From contig FLMG01003283.1 of the NCBI GenBank assembly GCA_900088475.1, positions 1 to 34,457 on the forward strand: a stretch of 34,457 nucleotides of DNA, given 5' to 3'. The stretch comes from Hyphochytrium catenoides. Its lineage: Eukaryota > Protista > Hyphochytriomycota. The notes under the pieces are model-generated. The model saw only the letters and a program-made list of their open reading frames with translations, was not told the DNA's origin and made no database searches. Positions 1 through 12,267 of the stretch are shown here, piece after piece. Within the stretch, counting starts at the first letter, position 1, and every line of letters starts with the position of its first letter. Position numbers and translations under genes: made by a program.

Positions 1-12
1 AAAAAGACTGAC

Positions 13-570
13 CTCCTTGGTGAGATTACCCGGGAGGAAAGCCCACTGCTCGCCAGCGAGAATTGTGAAGTAGTCATCAGCTAAGAACCTTCCAGTATGT
101 CCCTCAGTTCCAAGAGGAGTCCCGAAGATGATAACGTATTCCGACAAGGAGGCATGCAATACGATCATGGCGCCCATAGCGCCACCAGCATTGTTGAACA
201 GCCACTCCTGCTTCTCGTTTGGCCCTGCAGCCCATATGTTAGGATGACCTTATAACTTTTGGCTAGCTGCAAGTATAAACTGTGTAACTCACGAAGAATG
301 TACTTCGGGTACTTCTCTTGCAGGCTCTTTACCACATGATCGACGATAACGTCAGGATCCTTGCTCTTGGCAATGGCATTCTGAGGCAAGCGAAGTGAGG
401 ATATAGCCATCGGCGCCAGATGATGCCGCATCGAGTTTCTGAAGGGCTGAGCTTACCTGAGCTATCTGTTTCATGACACTGGGTGTGAAGACATATTGAC
501 TTTCTTTCCCTATGGCGGTGAAGAGCACGGCAATAACCAGCGCTAGAATTACTCCTATCTTGCCGATCAT
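13..570 (-). CDS. ERG2: C-8 sterol isomerase / sigma-1 receptor family protein, 5' part (continues past the left edge)
   Basis: Exons 570-457, 380-293 and 224-13 joined by GT-AG introns give an N-terminal TM helix ([16 protein letters not shown]) followed by [55 protein letters not shown], the ERG2/sigma1 signature. Confidence 0.93.
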
Positions 571-1578
571 GGTGTCCTTTGATAACAACAACCAACAGCC
601 ACGATGGATTGACGGAGATTTGAGATGTGCCAAGCAGAGCTGGTCTGAAGGTCTCTTCCATGGTGGCCTGTGCCCGGTGAAGATGCACCTAGAACTACGC
701 GGCAGAAGAGCTGGCAGAAGGCAGTCCAACAGTCAGAGGACCAAAAGGCTGAAGGCCGATGCCGTGATTTCTTCTTCTTTCGAAGTATCTTTTTATCTTT
801 CGCACGGCCCTTGTTTTGTATAAATACAAGTATTTTGAGAAGACAGACTTGAGAGCGACTTGGGACTTGCCCAAGCGGTCCTACTACTTTCGTAGTTTCG
901 TACGCAGCCAAGCTAAAAGCCCCTAAAACGCCGAACAGTGATTTTGGTTACAAACTTCGATATTCAGCTGTTAGGAAGTTCGTCGTAGCTGTTAGCCGCT
1001 GTATCCAAGCATGTGCTAAGAAAAAGTAGAAATGAGTAATGGACGTCATGATTGAGCTCTCGCCTAAACCTAGAGTAGTAGTACCAGGAGGCGTACCGTC
1101 ATTTAGTGTCAGGAGGCCTATTATTATGGTTAGAGGCCTCTTTTGTGCCCATGTGTACAAGGGCTAAGAAGGGTGGTCAGCCCTAAACCTGTTTGAGGCC
1201 TTCTTTTCGGGGCCTTTCTTCACCCCCTACAGCCATATCTCCTGGTCACTCTTTCTGTTTGCTTTACCCTAATTGATCTTAGGCATTGGCATCTTTTGGA
1301 AGCAGTCTGTCTCGGTAGCGTGGTGCTCTCTTCCTTTGCAACATGTGCACCTTTTGTGTCCTTTCCACTTATGCGTCTCTCCTGCCTTCCTTCCCTATAT
1401 CTCTAAAGAGTCATTCCTAGTGTTTATCTCGTACAATGGTGGTAGTCTGTCTCACTGTCAAGCGCCTCTGTCTTTGGGTTCTCTCTTACCCCAGGGATGC
1501 GGGGACGTGAGCCTGGCACTTTGAAGAATGAGGGAACAGTTGAGAAGTGCACTTGATGTCCCGATGGTCCTGCTTCTT

Positions 1579-1602
1579 GCTGCTGCTGCTGCTGCTGCTG
1601 CT
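1579..1602. repeat. (GCT)8 microsatellite
   Basis: Eight perfect GCT units read directly. Confidence 0.95.
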
Positions 1603-2116
1603 TCTGTCATCGCCGTTGCTTGTTGAGCTGCCTGGCTGGCAGGCAGCGAGCAGAAGAAGAGAGAACAAACAGCTCAGCCAAGCAAGGTTCGCTCTCGTTC
1701 GAGCATCGCTCTTCCTGGCACGCAGTCGACACCCTCAGTGGGCTAGGTCCTGATTACTGTCCAGCTGGCCCTCGCGACCAGCGCAGCACGCAGCGAACAA
1801 GAAGTCCAGAAGAGCAAATATCGAACCTAATGAGCATCCCGAAGAGCAAAGTCTGACCTCACTCTCGGCCACAAAGAGAGATAGATAATAGCTGCATTAT
1901 CCCGAACTTAGCAATCTCTGAGTACTGGATGATAAGGAGGCGTCAACACTAGGCGTCATCACGGTCAACGCAGATAAGCATTTTCAGGTCACACAGATGG
2001 AAACCCTTGGCGCGTCGACTCAAAGATTTACAGTCTGTCAAGCCCCTGATCTACGGTGTTAGAACTGCAGAGCGTCCTTTTCTTAGCCATCAGACTGTGT
2101 TAAGGACAGGACCAGG

Positions 2117-5100
2117 ATGGGTCCTCAATTGCGTGCGCTGAGCCACGACTTTGTGGCGCGAAGCCTACAAGAAAATGGTGCAGGCTCAGAATCGCCGCAT
2201 CAAAGGAGCAATAGCACGCAGAACGCCCAGTATGCCATAATCATCACAATCTCCGTCTGCTTTGTGCTGCTTTGCTTCGTCTACGTGTACTGTCAGCGAA
2301 AGGGCATGAACAGCAGGCTCCGAGGAGAAGGAGAAGCCTTACCATCTGGCGATGTTGCGCCTCAAAGACGCTCTGGCCTGGCTGATAGGTATGAAGACTA
2401 GTTGCAACTATGTCCCATACGGAGGCTTACATTGATGCTTCCCGCCTGGTCTGGTTATGATATAGTTTCGTTGAAGAAGGCGAGAAGGAGTGGGACTGCG
2501 TCATCTGTTTAAACGCCAACCACCCAAAGAAGACAGAATGTCTGCTTTGTGGCACTGCAAGAGGTAAGCGCGTTACTCACTCTACCTGTGCAAGGTTTGT
2601 TTGCTTTCTAACGCGACGCCACTTTATAGAGGTTACCGACGCCGTAGTATCAAACAAAGATCATCCCTTGCGGAAGACTTCTTCCCTATACATTGCCAAT
2701 AACAGAGCCAACGACAAGGAAGTATCACCTGAAGCTCGACAGCTGCAGATGGCTCGGATCCGCTCTTTCCATTATCGGCGAGTGAACAATGTCAGTTTGG
2801 CTCTCGTTCATTGTTTTAATTGTTCTGCGGTCGATCTAACCTCGTGAGTGTAGCTCTCACTCAACCAGAGACAACGTGGAGCCAGTAAACGGCGAGTTTG
2901 GCGGAGAGTGCGGAACGAGGATGGCACGTATGCTTGGATCCGGAACGATGAGAAGGAAAGGAAGACCGTGGAGTTTATTGCAGGCAAAAATGGCAGCTCT
3001 TTGACGAAGAAAGGGTAAGGGACGAGCAGCATCGTAACCGCGCTCCTGAGGCCCTATACGCATCATGACTAGTTACTACCGTCCGCACTTAATTGAGCGC
3101 TAGTCCGTCTTATTATTACTGTCGTTTGCCTCTCTACTTGTCCCCACCGTCTGTGAGCGTCTCAATGTTGAGTTGACGGCCACCTGTTTTTTGGCTCCCA
3201 GTTCTCCGCGACACGAAGTGGCGGATGGTGCCGGTTGTTGCTGGCCCACTCCGGACGTAGAGGTGCAGAGTCCAGTCTTAGAAAGCGGCCGTAAGCCTCG
3301 AATGCCCGCTGTAGCCGTTCGGCATCTCTTGCTCACTTTGTTATGCTTCAATGGCTCTAGATTACCGCCGAGTGGAGTCGTACAAGAGTCTACCGCCAAT
3401 GAAAGAGGTAGAAGAGGAGGAGGAGCGCCAATCTCAAGCGTTAGAGGAAGGGACTAGCTACGACCCCAACAGGAGTATAAGAATTCCTCAAAGCCGCAAG
3501 GTGGCACATCCAGTCTACCAGAGAAAGGTACCGCTATTATCACCCCCTTTGCCGATGTTGCTCTTCACTCGCATCGTCTCCTCTATGACTTCTCCCTCCC
3601 CTTGCTTGCGTCCTCTTCTGTGGCACTTTCCCCTGGGTCCCGCAAAAGCCTAAATCTCTCGGTACACTGTTCTTCCAGCAATCCATGGGCTTTGTAGCGC
3701 AAAGGGATGCCAATGGCCACTTGACCTGGATGCCAGCAGGTATTTGCCTTCGCTTTCGACCTCTCTCATGAAGACCGAAGAGTGACAGACCGCAATCATC
3801 TGGCCAAACCTTTCCTTATTAGGGGCAGTGAAGCTTGACCCGACAATGACAAATGACTGGGAGATTGCACTAGCTGATCAAGACTTGGAGGTATGGCATT
3901 TGTTTTTCTCTACTTCTTTTTTGCACTTGGTTTTCTTCTCGGCTGCTCCTCCTTCTTCCGGATGCCTGATGTGCCTGATGTGGTGGCGGTAGTAATAGCG
4001 CTTCCAATTTGAAAGACCACCACTTCACGCCGCTTGCTGAGCGGTCTTCTTACTCCTCCGTTACATCCGCTATTAGGCTGTGGCCTCTCTTCCGTTCAGG
4101 GCCAAGAGTAAGTGGCTTCTTAGCCAACTAGACACTCTGTGCGATCAATGGAAGGACGAAGGCTACATTATCCTCAGTAAGTGGGGGCTTTTTACGTTCC
4201 TCTTTTTTATAGCTCTACTGACAACCCTTCTGCCATCCTTCTAGCCATACGTAGGAGTAACATCCTGACCGACAGTCTCCACCTCAATAACATTCCGTTA
4301 GAGAGATGGCGACAGAGAATGAGAGTGTCCTTCCACGGCGAGCCTGGTAGATATATCACTCCGTCTGGCGTCTTCTTCTCCCCATAGCATCATCGTACTA
4401 CGATACTCTCAAAGTCTTTAGTAAGCCTAGCCCAAAGTGCATGACTGACTGTCCATCGACCTAGGTTTGGATGCTGGTGGGCTTATGAGGGAATGGTTCC
4501 TGTTACTGACGCAGGTGAGCAACAGATAGCAGGAAGCTTAGAGTTGAACTAACTGGATTCTAACCCTGACTGTCCATTTCTTGTGACAGGCTCTATTTGA
4601 CGAGAGTCTCGGCCTCTTCTGTAAGACTTCGGGGGAAGCAGTAGCATACTGGATCAACCCTTTCTCAGCTAGAGCAGTCCCCAACCACTTGCAGGTAATG
4701 TGGAGCCCTCTGCATGGTCTATGATTCATCAATTTAGGTTTCTGTGCACTCATATCCAGCGACTCTATCTTCTTGGCTGCGCTCCACTTTGTGCTGAGTA
4801 GCTGGAGTCATACTTCTGTTTTTGATGGCCTCTAGTGGTGCATGCCAGACAATGATCTAATAATGCCTGCCAAAATGTCTAGTACTTCCGTTTTATAGGC
4901 CGCATTATAGGGAAGGCGCTGCTGGAGGGGCAGTTCCTCACGGTTTACTTAGCGCTTCCGCTGCTGAAGGTATGTTGTTTCAAATGCTCGTCTTTCTATC
5001 CATGGAGTGTGTTGTTAGCATTCAACTAACACGTGGGTCCTCGTTCAAAGCACTTGTTAGGAGTTCCTATCACCTTCTCGGATCTAGAGTTTCTGGATCA

Positions 5101-6794
5101 AGACCTCTACCGAAACATGCTCTATCTTAAGGAGAATACGGGAGTGGACGCACTTTGCCTAGACTTCACGCTAGTAAGACGATGCGAACATTGCTTATAA
5201 CTGCAAGTCTTGCACTACTTGGGTGCTGGCCTTCGTCTCCGCTTCCTCCCCTCTTCCAAGAAGTACGCCGGTGTTCTTACATAGTATTTTCCTCAATTAC
5301 TGCCTTGTTAGCTTAGTTACCCTTTAGAGTCACTCACTGGGTCTTTTTCGCCTTCTGTAGCAAGAAAAGTATGGAGGGGATGTCGAAACAATAGAGCTGA
5401 AGCCCAATGGTGCACAGATAGAGGTGAGCGGGGCCTTCCGTCAGCGTATGCATCGTTTCATGATGTCCGTCTCTCTCCGCTATCCAAGAAAAAAGCGCGA
5501 TACTACTCCTTCTCGAATAATAGGGCCTCACGCCTTTGCTTCTATGATGAATCAGGTGACCGATGAGAATAAGCAGGAGTATATGGACCTAGTCCTTCGC
5601 TATCACATGTTGGACAGCATCAAAGACCAAATAGCAGAGCTGGTTGGAGGACTGAGGGAGGTGGTGCCAGAGCTCTTGTTGGCACCTTTTGATTATCAGG
5701 AGCTAGAGATACTTCTCTGCGGTTAGTGTTAGCCTTACGCTACTCTCCTTCTTTCTCTGGATGGGCTCTATTCCCTCGATGGTACCCTTCCTACGCCCTA
5801 CATATTCCACTCATAATAGCGTCAGGCAGAGAGTGGCATAGGCATTTATCACATCCTTTATCCCGTTTCTCTTCGTGACCTGTCTATTGCGATGTGATGA
5901 GGCTTCGTGCAACCAAGGCCGTTCCTAATCTGTCTTGATGCTCTGAATTGCACATTTGGCTGCAGGAATGCCAGCCATTGACCTCGAAGACTGGAAGAAA
6001 CACACGGACATCTTATACTTAGGAGAATCAGGTCCTTCTAAGCAAGAGAAGAATGTTATTGCATGGTTTTGGGAAGCTGTTGGTGGCTTCAATGATGAGG
6101 AACGGGCGCGCCTCTTACAGTATGTTACGGGCACCTCGCGCCTTCCCATTGAAGGGTTCAAGGTAAATGGAATAGCTGTTGCCCTAGGGCACCTTCTCCA
6201 CCTATATGCCAGTTCGTCACTGAACGGCTTGCGGACTTAGTCCTTGCTGTTCCCTACTATACCCTTCAGAAGAAGGCCGACGCGTGTGGCCCTGCGGCGT
6301 TGTTTAGTCTCTTTGCTGACTACCTATGGCCTTCTCTAACCCTTCAAATGTCCTGACTGATCAATTTTCGGTGTTAGGGCCTCGTCAGTTACGACGGACA
6401 AGTGCGGAAATTCACTATCAAGCTCATTAAGCTCGGAACACCTCCTACAGGGAACTTTCCCAAGGCGCACACATGTTTTAACAGGTAAGTTACGTCCTAT
6501 GTTAGCCTAGGTAGGGTATGGAGAGGAAAGGAAGCAAGCGAGCAAGCACGTTACCTAGTAGTAGAAGAACGGAGGAGCCAAAGCACGAATAGTAGCTCAG
6601 ACTTAAGGTCCTAAGCTGACCCTTCGTGGCGTGCCAGGATTGATCTGCCTCTGTATGCCTCATACGAGGATCTCTCTAGGTATCTTAGCCTGGTAAGTAG
6701 TCCCCTTCCCGGTCTCCAATGACCGCCCAAGTTCTGTCCTTACAGCTTATCGCAGGTTATCAACATGGAGATTACCGGCTTCTCTCTCCAATAG
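2117..6794 (+). CDS. HECT E3 ubiquitin ligase with N-terminal TM helix and RanBP2-type zinc finger (about 20 exons)
   Basis: 19 GT-AG introns. The product has a TM segment at about 2231-2293 and the zinc finger WDCVICLNANHPKKTECLLC at 2491-2550. HECT motifs: FHGEPGLDAGGLMREWF, YFRFIGRIIGKALLEG, RARLLQYVTGTSRLP, catalytic FPKAHTCFNRIDLPLY, and C-terminal EITGFSLQ*. Confidence 0.93.
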
Positions 6795-7083
6795 AAGGGA
6801 TGCAGATAGAGAAATAGGGCACTTCGTACACTCCTCGGGGCGTACAACCCACATTTTGCATATAGTTAGTGAGATTCAGCTGTCTGGATCGGTCAGCACC
6901 AAGTGTATACCATCCAAGACGGGGGACGGCCTTTGATGGGTATATTCTTCTGCTGCGAGATGACAAAAATTTTGCTTTATTTTGTTCTGGAGTAGGCTTG
7001 GCTCTCTCCCGTTTATCTGAAGAGCTAGCGTTAGGCCCCATACTAAAGATATTTATCAGAAAGCTTCTCCATCAGCAAGATTT

Positions 7084-9216
7084 TTACTGGGACAGTTGAC
7101 TTGCAGCCCGTTCCAATTTTTCTAAAAGTATGGCGGCATGCGGCGGCTGGAAGATCAACGCTGGGCGAAAGCGCAGTGAAAGATCTCCGCAACCTCCAAT
7201 TTCCACTCCTAAGTTTCTCAGTCTGAGAATCATCTCATCTCTCAGCGCCGGTGTAGGACAATCTATGGCTAGAAAGGTTCCTCTACCTCTCGCCTTAGAG
7301 AGAAGATGAGGATAGCGACTGGCAATTTCCGTCAATCCCGCGAGAAGGAAGTCACCGGTTATGGTGGCGTTCAACAGAAGTTTCTCTTTCTCTATGACCT
7401 CCAGGATCGCTTCTAGCTGCACTAACTTGGACGGATCGCCCATCCACGTATTGAAAATGCGATAGGCCTGTTGGGGTCGGTACTGTTCCCTATAAAAGAA
7501 GCCTGCCACCTGGAACTTCTTGCTGAAAGTGACAATATCGGGGGGAGTTGGCAACTCCCAGAAGTCGTGGGCCCAGAACCGCCCAGTGTTGCCTCCACCA
7601 GTCTGAACTTCGTCTACAATGAAGGTTACTCTCTTCTCCAGCGCTATCTCCCTCAGCTGTCTAAAGAAACTGTCGGAGGCTGTATGGTCGCCCCCTTCAG
7701 CCTGGATAGGCTCTACGATGATAGCTGCGACGGGGCGGCCACTTGCTCTTCCACTTTTGATCTCTCTCCTGACTGCAGATAGGGATCTCGCTTCTTCCTC
7801 AGCATTCACGTCCACGTTTTCTTCCAGTGGATAGCGTTGACTTGGAAAGGGGACAGAGGGCCAGTCAAAGGACGGAATATCTAGCTTGTGGATTGGTTTT
7901 GAATGGGTGGCAGAGAGGCAACCCAGCAGTCGACCATGGAAACTTCCTGCACCCAGAAGCGGAGAGATTATACGAGATCAGGCCCCAACTTTGAAATGAG
8001 ACAAATCACTGTCGCCATAAACGAGAGAGACTGGAGCTCCAAGAGAGCACGTGAAGGGTCATCATTACAGCTAAGTCAGCTCTTAGGACAAGGACTAGAT
8101 AAGACAGATAGTGCTTAGACGGCGTACCGCAGATTGAGTTTCTGTCATTCCCTGGAGACAGGCGTACCTTGAAATGATAACACAGTCAGAGGTGGAGAGC
8201 CAGGTGCCATGTTCTCCATACAAGTGGCAAGTTCCTCTCCTGACGGGGGCCTTCCCTCTCTCTGTTGACTCTGGTGCCACATGAATGCTGCCTTAAAAGC
8301 ATTCTCATTGGAGCAGGAGCCACACATCATAGTATCTGCAGGCAGAATATGAGATAAATATAGAGTTAACCTACTAAGGGAAGACTCTACGAGAGGGCAA
8401 GAGACAGCAGGACAATACATCCATGCAGCGAGGGTAAGCGCAAAGCGACAAGAAGAGGTGGTGATGGGCATACGAACGATTGTCTCGGATTGCAAAAGGA
8501 GAGCAAGAGACCTCCAGATAGGTAGGCTGGAAGCGGGAAGGAGAGAGAATGGCAGGCAAAGAGAAGCAGAGCCATTACAGGGACGAGCAAGAAATAGACC
8601 TACAATAGCCGCTGAGGCCCTTTGGAGCCATGGCTTGTAGGCACTTGTCCAGCCGCTCACTCCAGTCTGCCGGCGGCAAGTTTCCTAGCGCGGGCCGGTG
8701 GACCAGATAAGGCAGATTTTTGGAGTCTGACACAGCGTGAAGTAGAGCTGGATGGTTATAACCGAGCGGCAGAGAGGATATCTGGCCAAAGACATCTAGA
8801 AGGATGTTTCCGTCGACATCGGCAATGTAGTTGCCCCGAGAGCGAGTGTAGTCCACAAAGAAGTGGACAGCGCCAGCTTCTTGGCGCTTGGAAAGCTGTC
8901 TAAGTAGTTCCTTAGATTTAGGGCCTGGAACTGGTGTCCTCACCTCTGGCCCCCGGTATTCGTCTGGGAAAGGTGGAGACGGAGAAGTAGGTGCACCTTG
9001 TGTCCATGAGGAGAAAGTCCTGCTCCCCGTAAGTGCTGTCAAGGGACATCGGTGAGGATGCAAGTCTTCCCTACGAAGAGAGCGACGCCGCAAGCCCCTT
9101 TCATGGTGGTAGCTCTCTAAAGATGCTGCTGGCCTTTGTAGTCTGCTCCAGAGAGCCGAGCCTCTTCCAGGGTTCATGCCTAGAATCATCGGCCGGGGAA
9201 TGGCAGATGCCACCAT
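7084..9216 (-). CDS. ABAT: 4-aminobutyrate aminotransferase (eukaryotic/mitochondrial type)
   Basis: Exons 9216-8604, 8335-8168 and 7946-7084 (1644 nt, in frame). Motifs: [69 protein letters not shown] and PLP-lysine TFSKK. Arg/Ser-rich N-terminal extension. The start codon is uncertain. Confidence 0.94.
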
Positions 9217-9993
9217 AATGTTGACCTCGAACTGAGATCAATGAGCTCAAACTCAAAGGACCGACGTAGTGTTAGCCTTTGAGCAAGCCAGTAAGCCTCG
9301 ATCCGGCTCGGTCTCTTCCCCTTTAGCCTTAGCTCGCTCTACTCCTTTGACCGCCGCTGCAGCGCGTCGTCTGATGAGAGACAGACAGAGACTTGGAGAG
9401 CTTTCCTGCCGCTGCCGCGCCTGGACATCAAGTTGAAGCTCCTTTAAACCTTGGGGTTCCCTTCAACTAGCCGTTACCCGCCTCTTCAATGCCCTCCTAT
9501 TGGGAGTTAGCCGCTATGAAGTTCTGGGTGGAGGGTCAAAGTTACCGCTAACGGCACTGTGTTCCGCTCTTTCGAAGAATCGGCCCTTCCCTCCTTTTTC
9601 TTTCCATCTCCATTGATGAAGCTCTGGCTGGAGTGCCAGTGAGGCCCAGTGAGCGCAAGAGGTACGATGGTCCATCGCCCATCAGCCACGGGCCGCGCCC
9701 TTCTCACTCCTCTTCAGCTAGAACTGAAGCGTCAGTCTTAGGGAGCGCTCAGCCTTCCTTGAGATACCATCAGTAGTAGAGACAGCACTTACTTGACTCA
9801 ACCTCTATAGGGCAGCAGCAGTTATTATTCATCAAGCCCTGTGCACTCATCAAGAGTCGACGAGTCATCCAGGGCAATCAGATCCTAACCTCTGGACCTT
9901 GTTCTTACATCAGTGATAGCGCGCTGTCTTAGGACCTACCCTTGACGTTAGACAAGACCATTTTGGTCCTGGAGGAAAATATCTTCAGTCAAA

Positions 9994-11443
9994 ATGCTAG
10001 GAGGGGAGGGTGTCTCCGATGCCGTCTCGTCTAGGGTGGAAAAGGCGATGAGCGACCTGTCCATCAAGGCGCAAAGACAGCAGCTAGCAAGGGCTGCGGC
10101 TGCAGCAGGAGAAAATCAGCATGGACACACGCATAGCCACGCAGGATTGAAGGTATACAAAGATTGCTCTCACCCCGGCCCCACCTTTCTCATGTTGATG
10201 AGCTGTCTGTCTGTGGCAGACATGCTGTCGCGTCAAAGCCTCTCCTTCGAGGGACCAGCAAGAAATAAGGGCGGAGGATAGCGAAGAGGAGGAAGACGAA
10301 GACGAGTTTGATAAGCTCCTAGATGATGATCCAGAGATTAGGAGGTTATACTCTTCTCCTCCAGTCCTTCCACTCTTCTTCTACTAACTCTTCTCTAAAC
10401 CCTGCTTAAAAAGCGCCACCCTGAGACATGTGCCTTTCCTTCGGGTCGAGTCTTGCTCGTGTCCTCCTTGTGAGGCTCTCTCTCTCCCCGTTCTTCATGC
10501 ATCGCCTTCCTCCTCCTTTTGCATTTTCTCCCATCTCGAAAGCTAACGTTATTACAAGGCTGCGGGAACTACGGATGAAGCAGCTGAAGCAGCAGCAACA
10601 GAAAAGGGATGAGAACTTAGCGAAGGGCTATCGACAATATCGGTAAGTACTGCCATTGAAATGCCAGCACGACTCTGCTTCTTATTCTTCTCTCTGTCCC
10701 TAGGGAAATTACCCAGGATGAGTTTTTGCCCGAGGTGACAAACACGGAGCTGGTTCTTCTACATTTCTATCACAATGACTTTGAGCGCTGCAAGATCATG
10801 GACAAGGTAGGCGGAAGGGATAAACTGGTGAAGGGTGAGGTTGTCCTGATCAATGGAATGGCGGTGAACATAAGGAAAAGCGAAGAGGATGATGCATAGG
10901 AGGAAGTGTGAGACAGAAAAGCTCAACGTTGAACTAATCAGCTCTCCCACCAGCATCTGAAGCTTATAGCTGGCAAGTATGATTGCAAGTTTCTGAAGAT
11001 TGACGCTGCCAAGGCTCCATTCTTTATCGATAAACTGAAGGTCCGGACTCTTCCCACCCTCATTGGCTTCAAGGACGGTGTGGCTCTGCCTGTGAGGCAG
11101 ATAGGCTTTGAAGGACTAATTTCCAACTGCCTGCCAGGCCGTGAGGATGAATGGAAAACAATAGAGGTAGGTCTCCTCTGTCCACCATTGAGCAGAAAGC
11201 GGCCCTTAAACCTCCTCGGATGATGGTCTAATAGTTAGAGAAGCGGCTCTCTCAAATGGGACTGATCGAACTTGACGAAGAGGACTGCTGCGACGATGAT
11301 GAGGTGAGTCTCCTTTTGCCTTGATAGAGCTTCATCTGGTGAGCGTTCTAACGGAAATCAACTCGCAGCACCATGGGCGGAAGCCCTTTCTAAAGATCTC
11401 CTATGGAGGTAGCAAGGCAGGTGACTCTGACGAGGATGATTAA
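9994..11443 (+). CDS. TXNDC9: Phosducin-like thioredoxin-fold protein (PhLP3/TXNDC9/Plp1 type), 7 exons
   Basis: The spliced product contains LRELRMKQLK...KGYRQYREI, VLLHFYHNDFERCKIMDKHL, KFLKIDAAKAPFFIDKLKVRTLPTL and IGFEGL, with an acidic tail SDEDD*. Confidence 0.88.
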
Positions 11444-12267
11444 CTTTTTGAGCGGCTAAGGCAAAAATAGATGTCAGTTGAGCTGTTTGATGCTAAAGCT
11501 ATCCACTAGTTGAAATGTGAGCGTCTGGGCAGGATTGGCCCTTAGAGTAAAGTCTACCGGGGCTTAGGATCACTCTTCAAGGTTGTTGACCCACTGGAAG
11601 AAGAGACGTGCTGGGCCGGTGAGACATGACAGTGCGACGTACATGGCAATCAGGGTCTAGCTTGTCGCGGCGGTTCATCCGCAAACACTTACAGTCAACC
11701 TGCGATTTCTGCCCTACTCGGTCACTTGGGAAGGCACCCGAAGTCGCGTCAGTCAGTCCACGACATACCAAGAGCCACTTCCATGCCGATGCAGCTTGTT
11801 CGCACCCGCCCGCCGCCGTAATAATATCAACTGTACTTCCTCCCAATGCTCATACTATCTCAAACCTGCTATCCTATGCGTGAGCGAGCTACCATGGAGC
11901 CTGCCTGTGTGGGCTCGAAGGCTGTGGCCCTCCAGTGCCTGGGCCCATGTTGCGGGCGAGTCTGCTGACCAGCAGAAGCAAAAAAGTCCCGTGACTTTTG
12001 GCATTTGTTTGTACGTTAGCAGCTTTAAAGGATTCGACCACCTACACCGAAGATCCGCTTCCCTCTTGACCCACGCAGAAACTGCCCAATCGGTCAGAAG
12101 CAGCTTCAGAAGCACGGAAGCTGCAGACGCAGAAGAAGGGTACGCGGTCGGCAACTTTTCTCGCTCCCTTATAGAGTGCGTCGGCACAGTGCAGGGCCTG
12201 TGCCTGAGTTGCTTGACTTGAGATCTGTTGTCAGAGTTGTCTGTAGGCCAAGAGTTATCCCATAGCC

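Noticed and set aside
5888-5952. Box C/D snoRNA-like segment (GTGATGA...CTGA with short terminal stem) in a HECT intron
   Set aside because: It is very short, overlaps the branch-point region, has no C'/D' boxes, and I could not identify a convincing rRNA guide.
9370-9410. CTGATGA hammerhead ribozyme core
   Set aside because: No correctly placed GAAA and no supporting stems.
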